A stretch of 63,822 nt of DNA, counting the filler, from Trichomonas gallinae (taxonomy: Eukaryota): assembly GCA_008369845.1 (NCBI GenBank). It is 8 parts of 8 records of this genome, joined end to end, with 100 filler letters (N's around TTAATTAATTAA, not from the genome) between each part and the next. Parts side by side here need not be neighbours in the genome. Positions count along the whole stretch, not along the records: positions 39,121 to 47,589 come from MRSU01001086.1; positions 47,690 to 53,863 come from MRSU01001087.1; positions 53,964 to 57,426 come from MRSU01001092.1; 5 more parts are not named here. The stretch is one strand, 5' to 3'. Position 1 is the stretch's first letter. Each line of letters starts with the position of its first letter. Shown one piece after another: positions 43,777 through 54,599 of this stretch. A program made the translations under genes and the position numbers. The notes under the pieces are model-generated. The model was not told the DNA's origin and made no database searches. It worked only from the letters and a program-made list of their open reading frames with translations.

Positions 43777-44265
43777 ATGAGCCTTAGAAGACTTAATACA
43801 TGCAAACAGACCAAGCGCTATGCATTTACTTCAGAGGAAGATGAAAAGCTGAAAAAACTTGTTGAAACATGTGGAAAATACTTAGATTGGAGATCAATTG
43901 CCTTTGACATGAAAGGACGTACACCTAGACAGTGCCGTGACAGATACAACAACTACTTGAAGCCAGATATACAGTTAGATCATTGGAAAGTTGAAGAGGA
44001 TCAGTTCATTCTAAATCAAGTTGAAAATATTGGAACACAATGGCAGCGAATAGCGTCTATGATGTCCGGAAGAACAGCAAATTCCGTGAGAAATCGCTAT
44101 TTTAACCTGTTCAGGAAAAAAAATTCAATTATTCACGCCCATGCTCTCAAATCCGAAAAAGAAGATGCTACAGGCAAGGATAACAGTTTTGAGTCATTTA
44201 TGATGAATCCTTTGTTCCAATTAGATCTCGAAATTCCGTGTGATAGCATCTTTTTTAATTGCTGA
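43777..44265 (+). CDS. R2R3 Myb transcription factor
   Basis: FTSEEDEKLKKLV...W..IA..MKGRTPRQCRDRYNNYL; WKVEED...GTQWQRIA..MSGRTANSVRNRY. Confidence 0.95.
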   Translation: MSLRRLNTCKQTKRYAFTSEEDEKLKKLVETCGKYLDWRSIAFDMKGRTPRQCRDRYNNYLKPDIQLDHWKVEEDQFILNQVENIGTQWQRIASMMSGRTANSVRNRYFNLFRKKNSIIHAHALKSEKEDATGKDNSFESFMMNPLFQLDLEIPCDSIFFNC

Positions 44266-45772
44266 TTCATATCTGATATTATATATTTATTCCTGATACA
44301 ATTATCCATGCATTCATATTGTAAATTTTCCATGATTTTTCTTAATTTTATGTTTTATTTGTCTGATATATTTGATTTTGAATGAAAAATGATATAATAT
44401 ATGATTGCTCAGATATTAAACAATGATAAGAGATCATTTACTAATAATAATTGATATGATTTTAGAAAATTAAAATATCATTGATCAAATTCGCGATTTT
44501 TGAAATAAAAGTTATTTAAATCGATTATAAACATCGAAACCGATTGAATTAATTAATGACTGAAGTTTAATTAACAATTTTCGATTTTGATTTTAATATT
44601 GATGATTTTGCTTAATTACTTGATCATTCGCATTCATATTATCGATATAATAACATTTTTGATCATAAATTCGCGATTTGGTTAATACAATTTGAAAATG
44701 CTGAATTTCATTTAAATCCTTCAGATTTTTAAAGAAATTCACAAATTTACAATCGCTACATTATGACTATCTTCCTGTTTATTACTGACATCTTCAGTTT
44801 TTTTACAACTTTCACAAAATTGAGAGATTTGTTTTTTCAATCTACTCTCAATTAACTTTGAGGATATTAGAGCATTCTAGTGCTTGTTATGGGCTGAATA
44901 TTTCGGAAGATTGGGCCATTCCATAGAAATAAATTCTTTCAAACATCGTTTAATACTTTTTTTGTGTTTGATTTGAACCCATTCTTTGTATTTGTAGCAG
45001 GTTTTGTTAATCAGCTCAATTGAAAAAGTTTCAAAAATTGTTATGAAAAATTTGAGTTCTATGCGCATTTATCAACCTTTACAATCTTTACATCTGAATC
45101 TTTAGTAACGAACGGAAGCATATATATACGATGCGAAACATAATCGTTTCAATATCGATTTACAGGATTTATGAGAACTTATATCGAAGTATGTCGATCA
45201 CAATGCTCAAATCTATCAATATTGATCGAATTTTTAACAGATTTTGTTGAATTGAAATCTCAAATTCGATTGAATCAATTATTATCATTTTAAGTCATAT
45301 AAATCAACTATTATCAAGCTATGAAAACATATTTTCGGTGTAAGAAGGATTTGTTACGAAAAATGAAATTTCTTATTTCGATGATTATTCCAGGGCAAAG
45401 CATTTGTTGCAAATTTGTTTGAGTAATCATTTTGTCATACATTTTGCACTGTCTATGATGCAAGAAAAATTTCATAAATTATTTTGCTATTATCATTTTC
45501 TACTCCATGCCAAGCGATTATATATTGGCTATATCATTTATGTTTGATTCTTCATATTTGAAATACCATAACATATAATCAATATTTTAATATAAATTTG
45601 TCCAAAATTGCTAAATATAACAGTTGATTTTTGATAATAAATTTCTCAATTCCATTGATTACCATGGCATTTTGTAACAGAATTCATAAATTTATATTCC
45701 TCAATATATGGTTATGAATCATTTCTCGCGCTTATGTGCGTCAAACATTACTCAAACAATTTTTGGTTTGGA

Positions 45773-45910
45773 GCTGAAGTTTCTGGTTGAAATGCCTGAA
45801 GTCTGAAAACATGGCGCTGATGTAGCTGGCGTTCATGACATTCACAGCATTCATTCAGTCATATTCATGACAACCTAGACAGGATTTCAACAGTTTATAA
45901 CTTCATCAGT
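45773..45910 (+). ncRNA. Candidate long imperfect hairpin / degenerate fold-back element
   Basis: Nested helices tgaagtt/aacttca, gttgaaat/atttcaac, cct/agg, gtct/agac, catg/catg, gctga/tcagt and gctg/cagc. Confidence 0.35.
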
Positions 45911-46114
45911 GAGATCTCAACTCGTATGAAATCATGATATATATAACACATTGTCCGATATATGCCAAAACTCAAATTCAAAGATGGAACATGTACAATA
46001 CTCGAGGGCAGCACTCAGGATGCACCATATCATCATTATCTTTAATGAACAGATAAAAATGTGGATTAAATTCTTTGGAAATTTGCAAATTTCTCGCACA
46101 AAGTTTCGAGACTT

Positions 46115-47137
46115 TTAAAATGAATAAATCATGGCAAAGTTGAATGCACAAGATACTGTTTGTACAATGGTATTACAGATTACTTTTTTGATGGATGGAT
46201 TTTTAAATTCTGATAAAGTGTAATTTAAAGGATAAATTGCTTCGCATTCATATGTTGAGTAGTGAGAAAGATTTGTTATATATGTATAGTTTAATGGATT
46301 TTCAACCGTTGGAATATTTCCATTTATTTCAAAATCATTTTGTTTATCTGTGATATAGCAATACTCGACTTTCATTTTACCAGCGAATCTACCTCGATAC
46401 CTCATATTTCTGTGGAAACTGCAGTTTTTTATCAATGTATCAAGTTGATCTGAAAGAATGATTGCATTCATTGATGACCCATTATTATCTAAAAAATTGC
46501 AAAACTGTATCTGGAAAGGAACAGAATCAGATCCTATAGTTAATGCAGAAGGATAATCTGCGTTTCGAACTTCTGTATTGTTAGAAAAAGATGAATAAAC
46601 GATTTGAGAATTATCTTTTAAATATAAATATAACAAACTTCCTCCATAAACATTTGCATGAGAAATATTAATTCGAGATACATTCACACAACTTTGAAGA
46701 TAGATATTCTCCGATCCAGAGTTAGAATCATCACCTGAAAAGCAAATCGAAGAATCAAAAAGATTATTTTTATTATCTGCTTGATTTAGAGCGATTTTGC
46801 AAAAAATTCCATTATTTGATGCTTTGGATCTATAGCTACACACTCTTGATTGAGAAAACGTGCCTTGTGAGCCATAATTAATAGATCCTCCATCTTCTGT
46901 ACTGGAACAGCGAGAAAATACAGTAATTTCAACAAGAACTTTAGTCGTAATTGGTGCCGAGGTAAAATTAATGGAGCTTCTCTGCAATCCATTGAAATAG
47001 CATTGAATTACATAATAGCAGGAATCTTTTCCTTTTACAACTGGTTTTGAATCGTCAGTGATTGTAAAAAAAGACTTTTCTTCAGGGTAGAATTCTTCCC
47101 ATTCTTGATGTTTCCGAGTCAGGAACTGGAGTAACAA
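46115..47137 (-). CDS. Cys/beta-helix surface-protein family member lacking an N-terminal ATG (possible pseudogene)
   Basis: WEEFYP...YYVIQCYF...VEITVFSRCSSTEDGGSI. The ORF starts at TTG with a stop 5 codons upstream. Confidence 0.6.
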   Translation of the reverse strand: MLLQFLTRKHQEWEEFYPEEKSFFTITDDSKPVVKGKDSCYYVIQCYFNGLQRSSINFTSAPITTKVLVEITVFSRCSSTEDGGSINYGSQGTFSQSRVCSYRSKASNNGIFCKIALNQADNKNNLFDSSICFSGDDSNSGSENIYLQSCVNVSRINISHANVYGGSLLYLYLKDNSQIVYSSFSNNTEVRNADYPSALTIGSDSVPFQIQFCNFLDNNGSSMNAIILSDQLDTLIKNCSFHRNMRYRGRFAGKMKVEYCYITDKQNDFEINGNIPTVENPLNYTYITNLSHYSTYECEAIYPLNYTLSEFKNPSIKKVICNTIVQTVSCAFNFAMIYSF

Positions 47138-47510
47138 ATATTTTACTTGATACTATTGAAACTATGATGCAGATGAATTCGCGCCATTAATATAATAACC
47201 ATTTATTTTTGGTACCTGCTATTTTTTGACAACCCCCCTAACAAGAAAATTTCCAATTCAGATTAACTACATTAGAGCAGATAATTGAGTTAGTGGGATA
47301 TATTTCATAAACAATAATAAAAGTCTTCCTCACTAATTTTTACAATAAAAACCAGATCAAATTCTTTATTTCTCCCGAATAATGCGATTTAGCCGAATTT
47401 AAACGATCTATAAACTTATGATACTTCATTTTGCATATAACATAGACGATGAAACATAATTTTCGATATAAATTTATGCAAGTTTCTAAAAATGATCAAA
47501 TAACTTATCC

Positions 47511-47589
47511 TAGGGATCTCGTTTGGCGCACTTTTGTGGCGCGTGCGCCAAATCGAAAAAATATTTTTGCGCCAACGATTATTTTGTAA
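47511..47589. mobile_element. Possible transposon terminus (hAT-like TAGGG start) at contig end
   Basis: Abrupt GC rise starting TAGGGATC, with four TGGCGC/GCGCCA subterminal motifs, running into the gap. Confidence 0.35.
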
Positions 47590-47689
47590 NNNNNNNNNNN
47601 NNNNNNNNNNNNNNNNNNNNNNNNNNNNNNNNNTTAATTAATTAANNNNNNNNNNNNNNNNNNNNNNNNNNNNNNNNNNNNNNNNNNNN

Positions 47690-48025
47690 GTTCATGCTAA
47701 GGAAGTTGTAGACTTTGGACGAGGCGCAATTCAGACAATTCTTGATATTGATGAGCAAGAAAATGAACAGCTCCAAATTCGCGTTGGTGTTAACACAGGA
47801 GGTCCAATCGTTGCAGGTGTCATTGGAACAGAGAAGCCAACATTTGAAATCTTAGGCCCAGCAATCAATATTGCACACGAAATGGAACATCACGGTGTCC
47901 CAATGAAAGTCCACATCTCTCGCCCAGTTTATGAACTAGTTTACGGACAATCTTTTGACATCAAAGAACGCGGAGAAATTGATGTCAAAGGTGGAAAGAT
48001 GTTTACGTATTTAATCGATCCATAG
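47690..48025 (+). CDS. 3' end of transmembrane adenylyl cyclase catalytic domain
   Basis: VHAKEVVDFG...LQIRVGVNTGGPIVAGVIGTEKPTFEILGPAINIAHEMEHHG...KGGKMFTYLIDP*. Missed by the ORF track. Confidence 0.92.
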   Translation, partial: VHAKEVVDFGRGAIQTILDIDEQENEQLQIRVGVNTGGPIVAGVIGTEKPTFEILGPAINIAHEMEHHGVPMKVHISRPVYELVYGQSFDIKERGEIDVKGGKMFTYLIDP

Positions 48026-49513
48026 AGTTTATATTACTTGTGTTTTATAAATCAATTTATGTATTTTTTTGTATGTTTGATTGAGGTTTTAATTGAAGAT
48101 ATGCATGAAATATGTCATTTCTGAGTTAAAAATATAGAGCTATTGATATAATTCTTTGTATTATAATATATTAGCATCATGGAATTGTCTATATGACTTA
48201 TATCGAGAAAACTCGAAGTGTAATTGTAATTTAGGTGAAGTCATACTATTGGTGAATTTGCCATTGTCTTAAACAAAATCATAACCGGTTATTCATGTTA
48301 TTTCATGATAAAATGACTGATTCATTGTTCTACTTTGTTGTAATTGAAGTTTGGATAATAAAATCATTGGTACCGATCGTCAGAGCGGCCAAAATCGTTA
48401 AGAAAAATTTATTTTATATATTTTAAGTCGAATACAGCTGATTTGGCTGTTTTTATCATGCGCGCAACAAGTGTAAGCGTAGCTAGAACATAGTCCTCGA
48501 TATTTAAAGCTTATTATTAAACATGCCGATGTCAAAAAATTGATAAGCCGTAAAGTGAATTAAAATTTTACAGTTTTTTTGTACGGGTTAATTCAAAGAA
48601 AAATATTTATGAAATGAGCATTTCTAATGAAAGCAAGAAGAATGACAAGGTTAAGCCTAAAAATGTAAAATATCCTTCAAAAAAAAATTCAATGGGGATA
48701 TTAATTAATATATTTATATAAATTTGGAAAATTTTCCAAGCAATGTTTTTATAAAACCCATTGATTTGGATTATTTTGATAAATGTTATTTTATTTATAG
48801 TCATTCTAGAGTGTTTTAATTCATCCAGCATTATATGCATTGAAAATTATACAGTTTATTACTGATTTTTCCTTCCGGATACCATATTCGATGAAATGAA
48901 TTCTTGGAGAATCATAAAACTAAACCGCAAATAATTGCAAAATGAGATTTTGAAAAGAAAATTATCGTTATATGCATTTTATCTTTTTTGAAATCGATTA
49001 CGTTCATACTTTCTTGTAATAGTGTTAAATAAATTCACAAAAATCGAATTGAAAAATTTGTGAGAAAAAACTGCAATTCATGAAATATATTGATGAATAA
49101 TCTAATTGCATGTAGGTTAGGATACGATTGTTATTGTTCATGAAAAATTATTTCATAGAGACTTTTGAATATAACTGAAAATTACGACATTCAAATTTGT
49201 AAGACAATAAAAATGAGCTTCAAATTTTAAAATAAACTCCTATACATAGTTTTAGATCTACACCACATAATGTATTCAATTCCAAAAAAATTTAGTTCAA
49301 GGCCTTTTAATCATCTTCATATTGTATCTAAATGAAAAAGAAAAAAATCATGAGAGATAAATAAATTGAATTACTCTTAATTAAGAATTCTTTGAATTTT
49401 TTGCTCTGTTTTATTTTTATGTTGGTCTAACCTCAGCTGTAATATAGTAATGAGTGATGAAATATAATCTCTTTTATAACCTATAGCGAAAAAAATTTAT
49501 ATACTGTATCAAT

Positions 49514-49520
49514 TCATTTT
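49514..49520 (+). promoter_or_regulatory. Initiator (Inr) TCATTTT
   Basis: Lies 7-13 nt before the cyclase ATG at 49527. Confidence 0.6.
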
Positions 49521-49526
49521 CTCAGG

Positions 49527-52500
49527 ATGGAAGATACCAAGTATGTTACTTCCGTTCAGTCATCAGACATGCTATCCTCCACAGCATTGAAGTATGAAAA
49601 GCTAATTGATGTCCCTTTCACTACAAAAATTATAGATTCACTTGTTAATTTATTTAACTATCTCGATATATACGGACCAAAGATGCCACTCGTATACAAT
49701 ATTGTTTCCATATTCAGATTCTTCCAACTTGTTGGTGGAGCTTTCATGGCAGCAAATCCCATAGCTTTTAGACCAGGAACACTTACATACAGAGTCACAA
49801 GTCTAATAACAATACTTTTCCATATCATACCTGTCGAGCATCGAAGAGGTTTTGCTCTATTAATGCAAATAGTTATTAATAGTTTTTTGCTGCTCATGGC
49901 GTTATTCATGATATTCACAGCTTTCCGATACAAGATAACTTCAAAAGTACCTACGATATCCATTTGGATCCTTTCAATATTTATGGCAGCAGGCCCATTT
50001 TTATTGTTACCACTTGTTGCCCAATATGCAGCTCAAACAACATCTGCTATGATCATTGATGCCAAGTGGAGATTCACACACAATTACATTATTATTTGCA
50101 TAACTGGTTTTACAATAATTCTCTGGATGTGGATCATTATATCATCCTACACAAAGGCAATAGTCTTCAGACCATGTTCATTCGCATCTGTTGAAGGAAC
50201 ACCTCAAACAAGGCTGACCATTACAACAACAGTTGTTACATTTGCCACAGGAATGACGACATATTTTACTAATATCTATTCAGCCGTTTGTCTTATAATC
50301 TCCTTCTTATTGTACATCTATTGCTCAACAACTGTCTTCGGTTGTGGAACATACATAAAGAAATTGCATCAAGTTATGATCTTAGCAGGCAGTTTCATCG
50401 GAATGGTTTTAAGCCTAGGAAACATTTACCCACTGTTTACATTAAAGCCATGGCATCCACATGTATTCGTTATTACAGCACTTGTTTTCATCAGTGCTTT
50501 CATTTCAAGTTATTTTTTCATCAAGAATAGACAGAGGAAAGAATTGATTCTTCTTGATGATATTGAAGAGACAAATGATATAACAATTATATCACCAAAG
50601 AAGTTCAAAGAGATGATAATTACTGGGTTCACATATTGTCATCCATTATGCATAGATTTTAGGTTCTTTAAGCTTGCAATTCAAGAATGGAATGACAACA
50701 TAGATATATATTTCATGTTTACAAAATTCCTTGCAATTTATCCGGAACAAGAAGAACAATTATCAATGATATGCCAAAGCATTGCAACGATAAGAACAAA
50801 GAATAAAATCTTGCAAAGATCAACGTTGTCCAGCGCATCACACATTTTGAAGACTCGTCAATCCAATCTTACACCTGATTTAAAACATAAAATTTCAAAG
50901 CTTCAAAAACATTTCATTAAAGCTAAAAACAAATTAAGAAATGTTTGGGATCTGATTCTTCAAGGCAGCATCAATGAAATGAATCAGGCAATTAAACAAA
51001 CAAAGCCTATCATTGAAGAATGTGGGGTTGAAATGTCTTTCCTGCTCATGCAATATCCAAATAACAGATTTGTCATGCGCCAATACATATCATATCTAAT
51101 TGGCATTAAAAGTGATCCTGTTCAATCAGGAATTGCCAATGATAATCTTAAAAAGCTCACCAGAGGAATTACCGTCTTCCCAGATACAGTTCATAGTTTA
51201 GGGATAGAAGCTTTTCCTAATCTTCCAGAATTTTGTCGTTCAGATATTCAAGTGACCAATGAAATTCATTCAAGTGAACCTGAATGTACTTGCACCGAAG
51301 AATTATTAAATGATGATCCATTTCATGTTGATGCAATTGAAATAATTGACAAGCAGATTTCAAAACATGAAGTTCCTGCAATAAAATTCGCAATTTGGTC
51401 AACAGTAGCTTGTTTCTTCGCTCTTGTTGCACTTCCATTAATTAGCTTTTTGATCTATTTTCAGTTCTTAAAAAAAGAAATTGAAGAACCTGTTGTGATT
51501 ACAGAAGGCTTGTCAAAAACGGAAGTAACATTGACTGTTTTGGCAAATTATGTCGATCGAATTTTTTTTCGAAATTTAGATGATCCAAAACATCCTGGGC
51601 AGGTGATCATGGAGCATCTTTTTTTCGACTATGAATTTAATTTCCATGCATTTGGTGGAAATAGTGATTCTTTGGGCATCTTAAAATACTCTACATCAAA
51701 AATTCCAGAATCAATTGCAGCAATATCAAGAATAAATGATTTCAAGCCAAAGAATCCATCCATGCGTGAAATCAGAAAGTTAGTTTTCTCGGATGCAGTG
51801 TATTTTACACTCTATTTTACACCAACGAATTTCAGCTCAAGGCCGGCTTCAGTTGCAGATGTTACTTTTATGCTTTCAAACCGTATCGCAAATATATATG
51901 AATGGAAAATTATTGATGCTGAAGCTGTCAAAAGTTCTGATTCATTGACTGTAAGATTCAATAATGATGAATCATTGAAGGCTTTGGATATTTCTCTTGA
52001 TTTGATGTTCCAATATTTCGATAACTTGAAGAAGCGCTACGTTTTTGCATTCACAATATCCACAATTGTACTATGCATTTTCTGCATCATTGTTTATACA
52101 GTAATTTATTCAATACAAATCAAGAAAATAAGAAAAAACAGACAAGAAATTTTGTACATTTTAACAACACTGCCCAAAACAATGATCTCCAATATTTCAG
52201 CATCATTGTCTAAAATAAATAAAGGAGATACAACAAAGTCAGAGTTAGATGCTGATGTAAACAGACAAGAGGAATCAATTGTCAAACTTTTTGGAACCAT
52301 ATCAGATGGTTCTGGAACAGCAAACGTAGAAACAGTCATTATGATATTCACGATATTATTGGCAATATTTACATGTGTATCGCACTACTCAATACTGAAT
52401 GGTTACATCAAAACAATGGAAATTGTTGTAGGAAAGTCATCACATATTAATAACCTATTTGGATGTGCAACTTATCTATATAACGTCATAACATTACTAT

Positions 52501-53863
52501 TCGACATTGCTCTAGCAACTTATGATCCAGTGTTTGCAGATTCAATTGTCGATCTTGAAAGAGAAATATATAATTATGGACGACGAATTCCATTGATTCT
52601 TGAATACTTCAATGAATTAACATTTGGAAATTCAGAACATGGCCCATACGATGGAATAAAAGAAGCCATTGACTACTCAACTAAGGCTATTGTATGCCAT
52701 GATCCTATTACACCAACAAAAAATTTCTTAAATAGTGTACATTGTTTCTCTTGTCCTCAACAATTGCATATCTCAATTGCAATGATGAAGAAATATCAAA
52801 CTGAGATGGCTCAAAATCCACCAATTTATCCCGATCCATCGAATCCAATTATGACTATATTGTGGCAAATAGGAACAATTGAACTTTATGAAACATTCTT
52901 CTGGAAAACAGGAAATGAAATTGTTCCTTTAATATTCAACAGAATCGATCAACAACATAAGAAACTCGTTCATTCTGTACTAATTTTCTTCTGCATTAAT
53001 GCAGTTTTCTCTGTAATAATTATTGTTGCTGCAAAAGTTGAAAATGATTTCCTCAAGTTTTGTTTAAGATTGTTCCTTAAGTGTCCACCAATACAAATAT
53101 TAGGTAATAATAGAGTCATGGAATTGATCTGTGGAATTTACTCCACAAAGATTGATGAAACAGATGATAAACATAGCACTTATTATGATGAAGTTGTCAA
53201 TAAATTAGATGTGGCCGTCATTGTTATATGTGATGAAACGAAGAAGGTTCATAGTGTCAACAATGCATTCGTTAAAATATTTGGAATCGAAAAGGATGAA
53301 GTCGAAACCCAAACTTTTGATGAATTTTTAATGAACATGAATTTCAAGTCAGATGATGATATCTCAAAATTATTCGCTAGCATCATCAACGTTAAACATA
53401 CAAACTCAAAAGGTGAAACGATATATCTCGAATTTTCGTCTATTTTAGTTTCTTCAAGAAGAATTATATATGTAACAAATAAAACACAAAATGTGTTGCA
53501 TGAGAAGTTAATTGTAGAAGAGAAACAAAAGTCAGATCAAATGTTAAACTCTATCCTTCCACCATCAATGGTTCCAAGAGTTCAAGCAGGGGAAATGAAC
53601 ATTTCTTTTGCTGTTCAATCAGCCACTGTTCTCTTCTTGGACATTGTGTCATTCACTCCATGGTGTGGTTCACATGATGCTCATTATGTCATGAGAATGC
53701 TTAATATAATGTTCAAAAAATTAGATGCACTCATTGCAATGCACAAGACAATGACGAAAATCAAGTGCATTGGTGATTGTTATATGGCAGCAGGTGGTAT
53801 TTTCGACGAAGTTAATCAGCCAGCTGTTCATGCTAAGGAAGTTGTAGACTTTGGACGAGGCGC
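49527..53863 (+). CDS. Multi-pass transmembrane adenylyl cyclase (class III) with PAS-like region; C-terminus supplied by 47690-48025
   Basis: Many TM helices, VNNAFVKIFG (PAS-like), MLNSILPP, TVLFLDIVSFT and KIKCIGDCYMAAGG (Lys indicates ATP specificity). Confidence 0.95.
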
Positions 53864-54599
53864 NNNNNNNNNNNNNNNNNNNNNNNNNNNNNNNNNNNNN
53901 NNNNNNNTTAATTAATTAANNNNNNNNNNNNNNNNNNNNNNNNNNNNNNNNNNNNNNNNNNNNTAGCTATTCTGCAATTTATAAAGAAATGCTCGAGTAT
54001 GAACAAATTTTATCATGATTTTTAAATAATTCAAAATATCTAATATATCTGAGTTTGAATATTTTAGTCAAAGCCATATTTCATATCATATTGTTTAGAG
54101 TTATATCATCATAGATATATTATTCAATCTTTTGAGAATTTTCGACCTTTCTAACTAGTATATTCATAAATCACACATATTAATAATCCTAATTATCACA
54201 AAATTAGTTCGAAATACGCAAAAAATCGAGTTGTATCACTTCTATTGTGCGTAAAAATTTCAAATTTATTAAGTTCCACAATTTATTTCATCGAATAGCA
54301 TGGTATTAAAATAGTATTTTATTTCTTATGAATATGTTTTTGCTTTCTGCCTTGAAATTAAAAATTGACCATCATATCTTGGGTTCTCTATTATATAACT
54401 ATTAATGGTGAGGTTATCAGTATTGAAATCTTATCATATCTTAGCTACAGCGTGTTCTATTGGGCAATAAATAAAAATGATTCATGATAACTTTTATTTT
54501 TTGAAATTTAATACATTAATATTATTAGAAAGGTTTATAATATAATATCCTTATTAAAATATGATTTTTTAATCAAATAAAAACAAAATTAGATTTATC

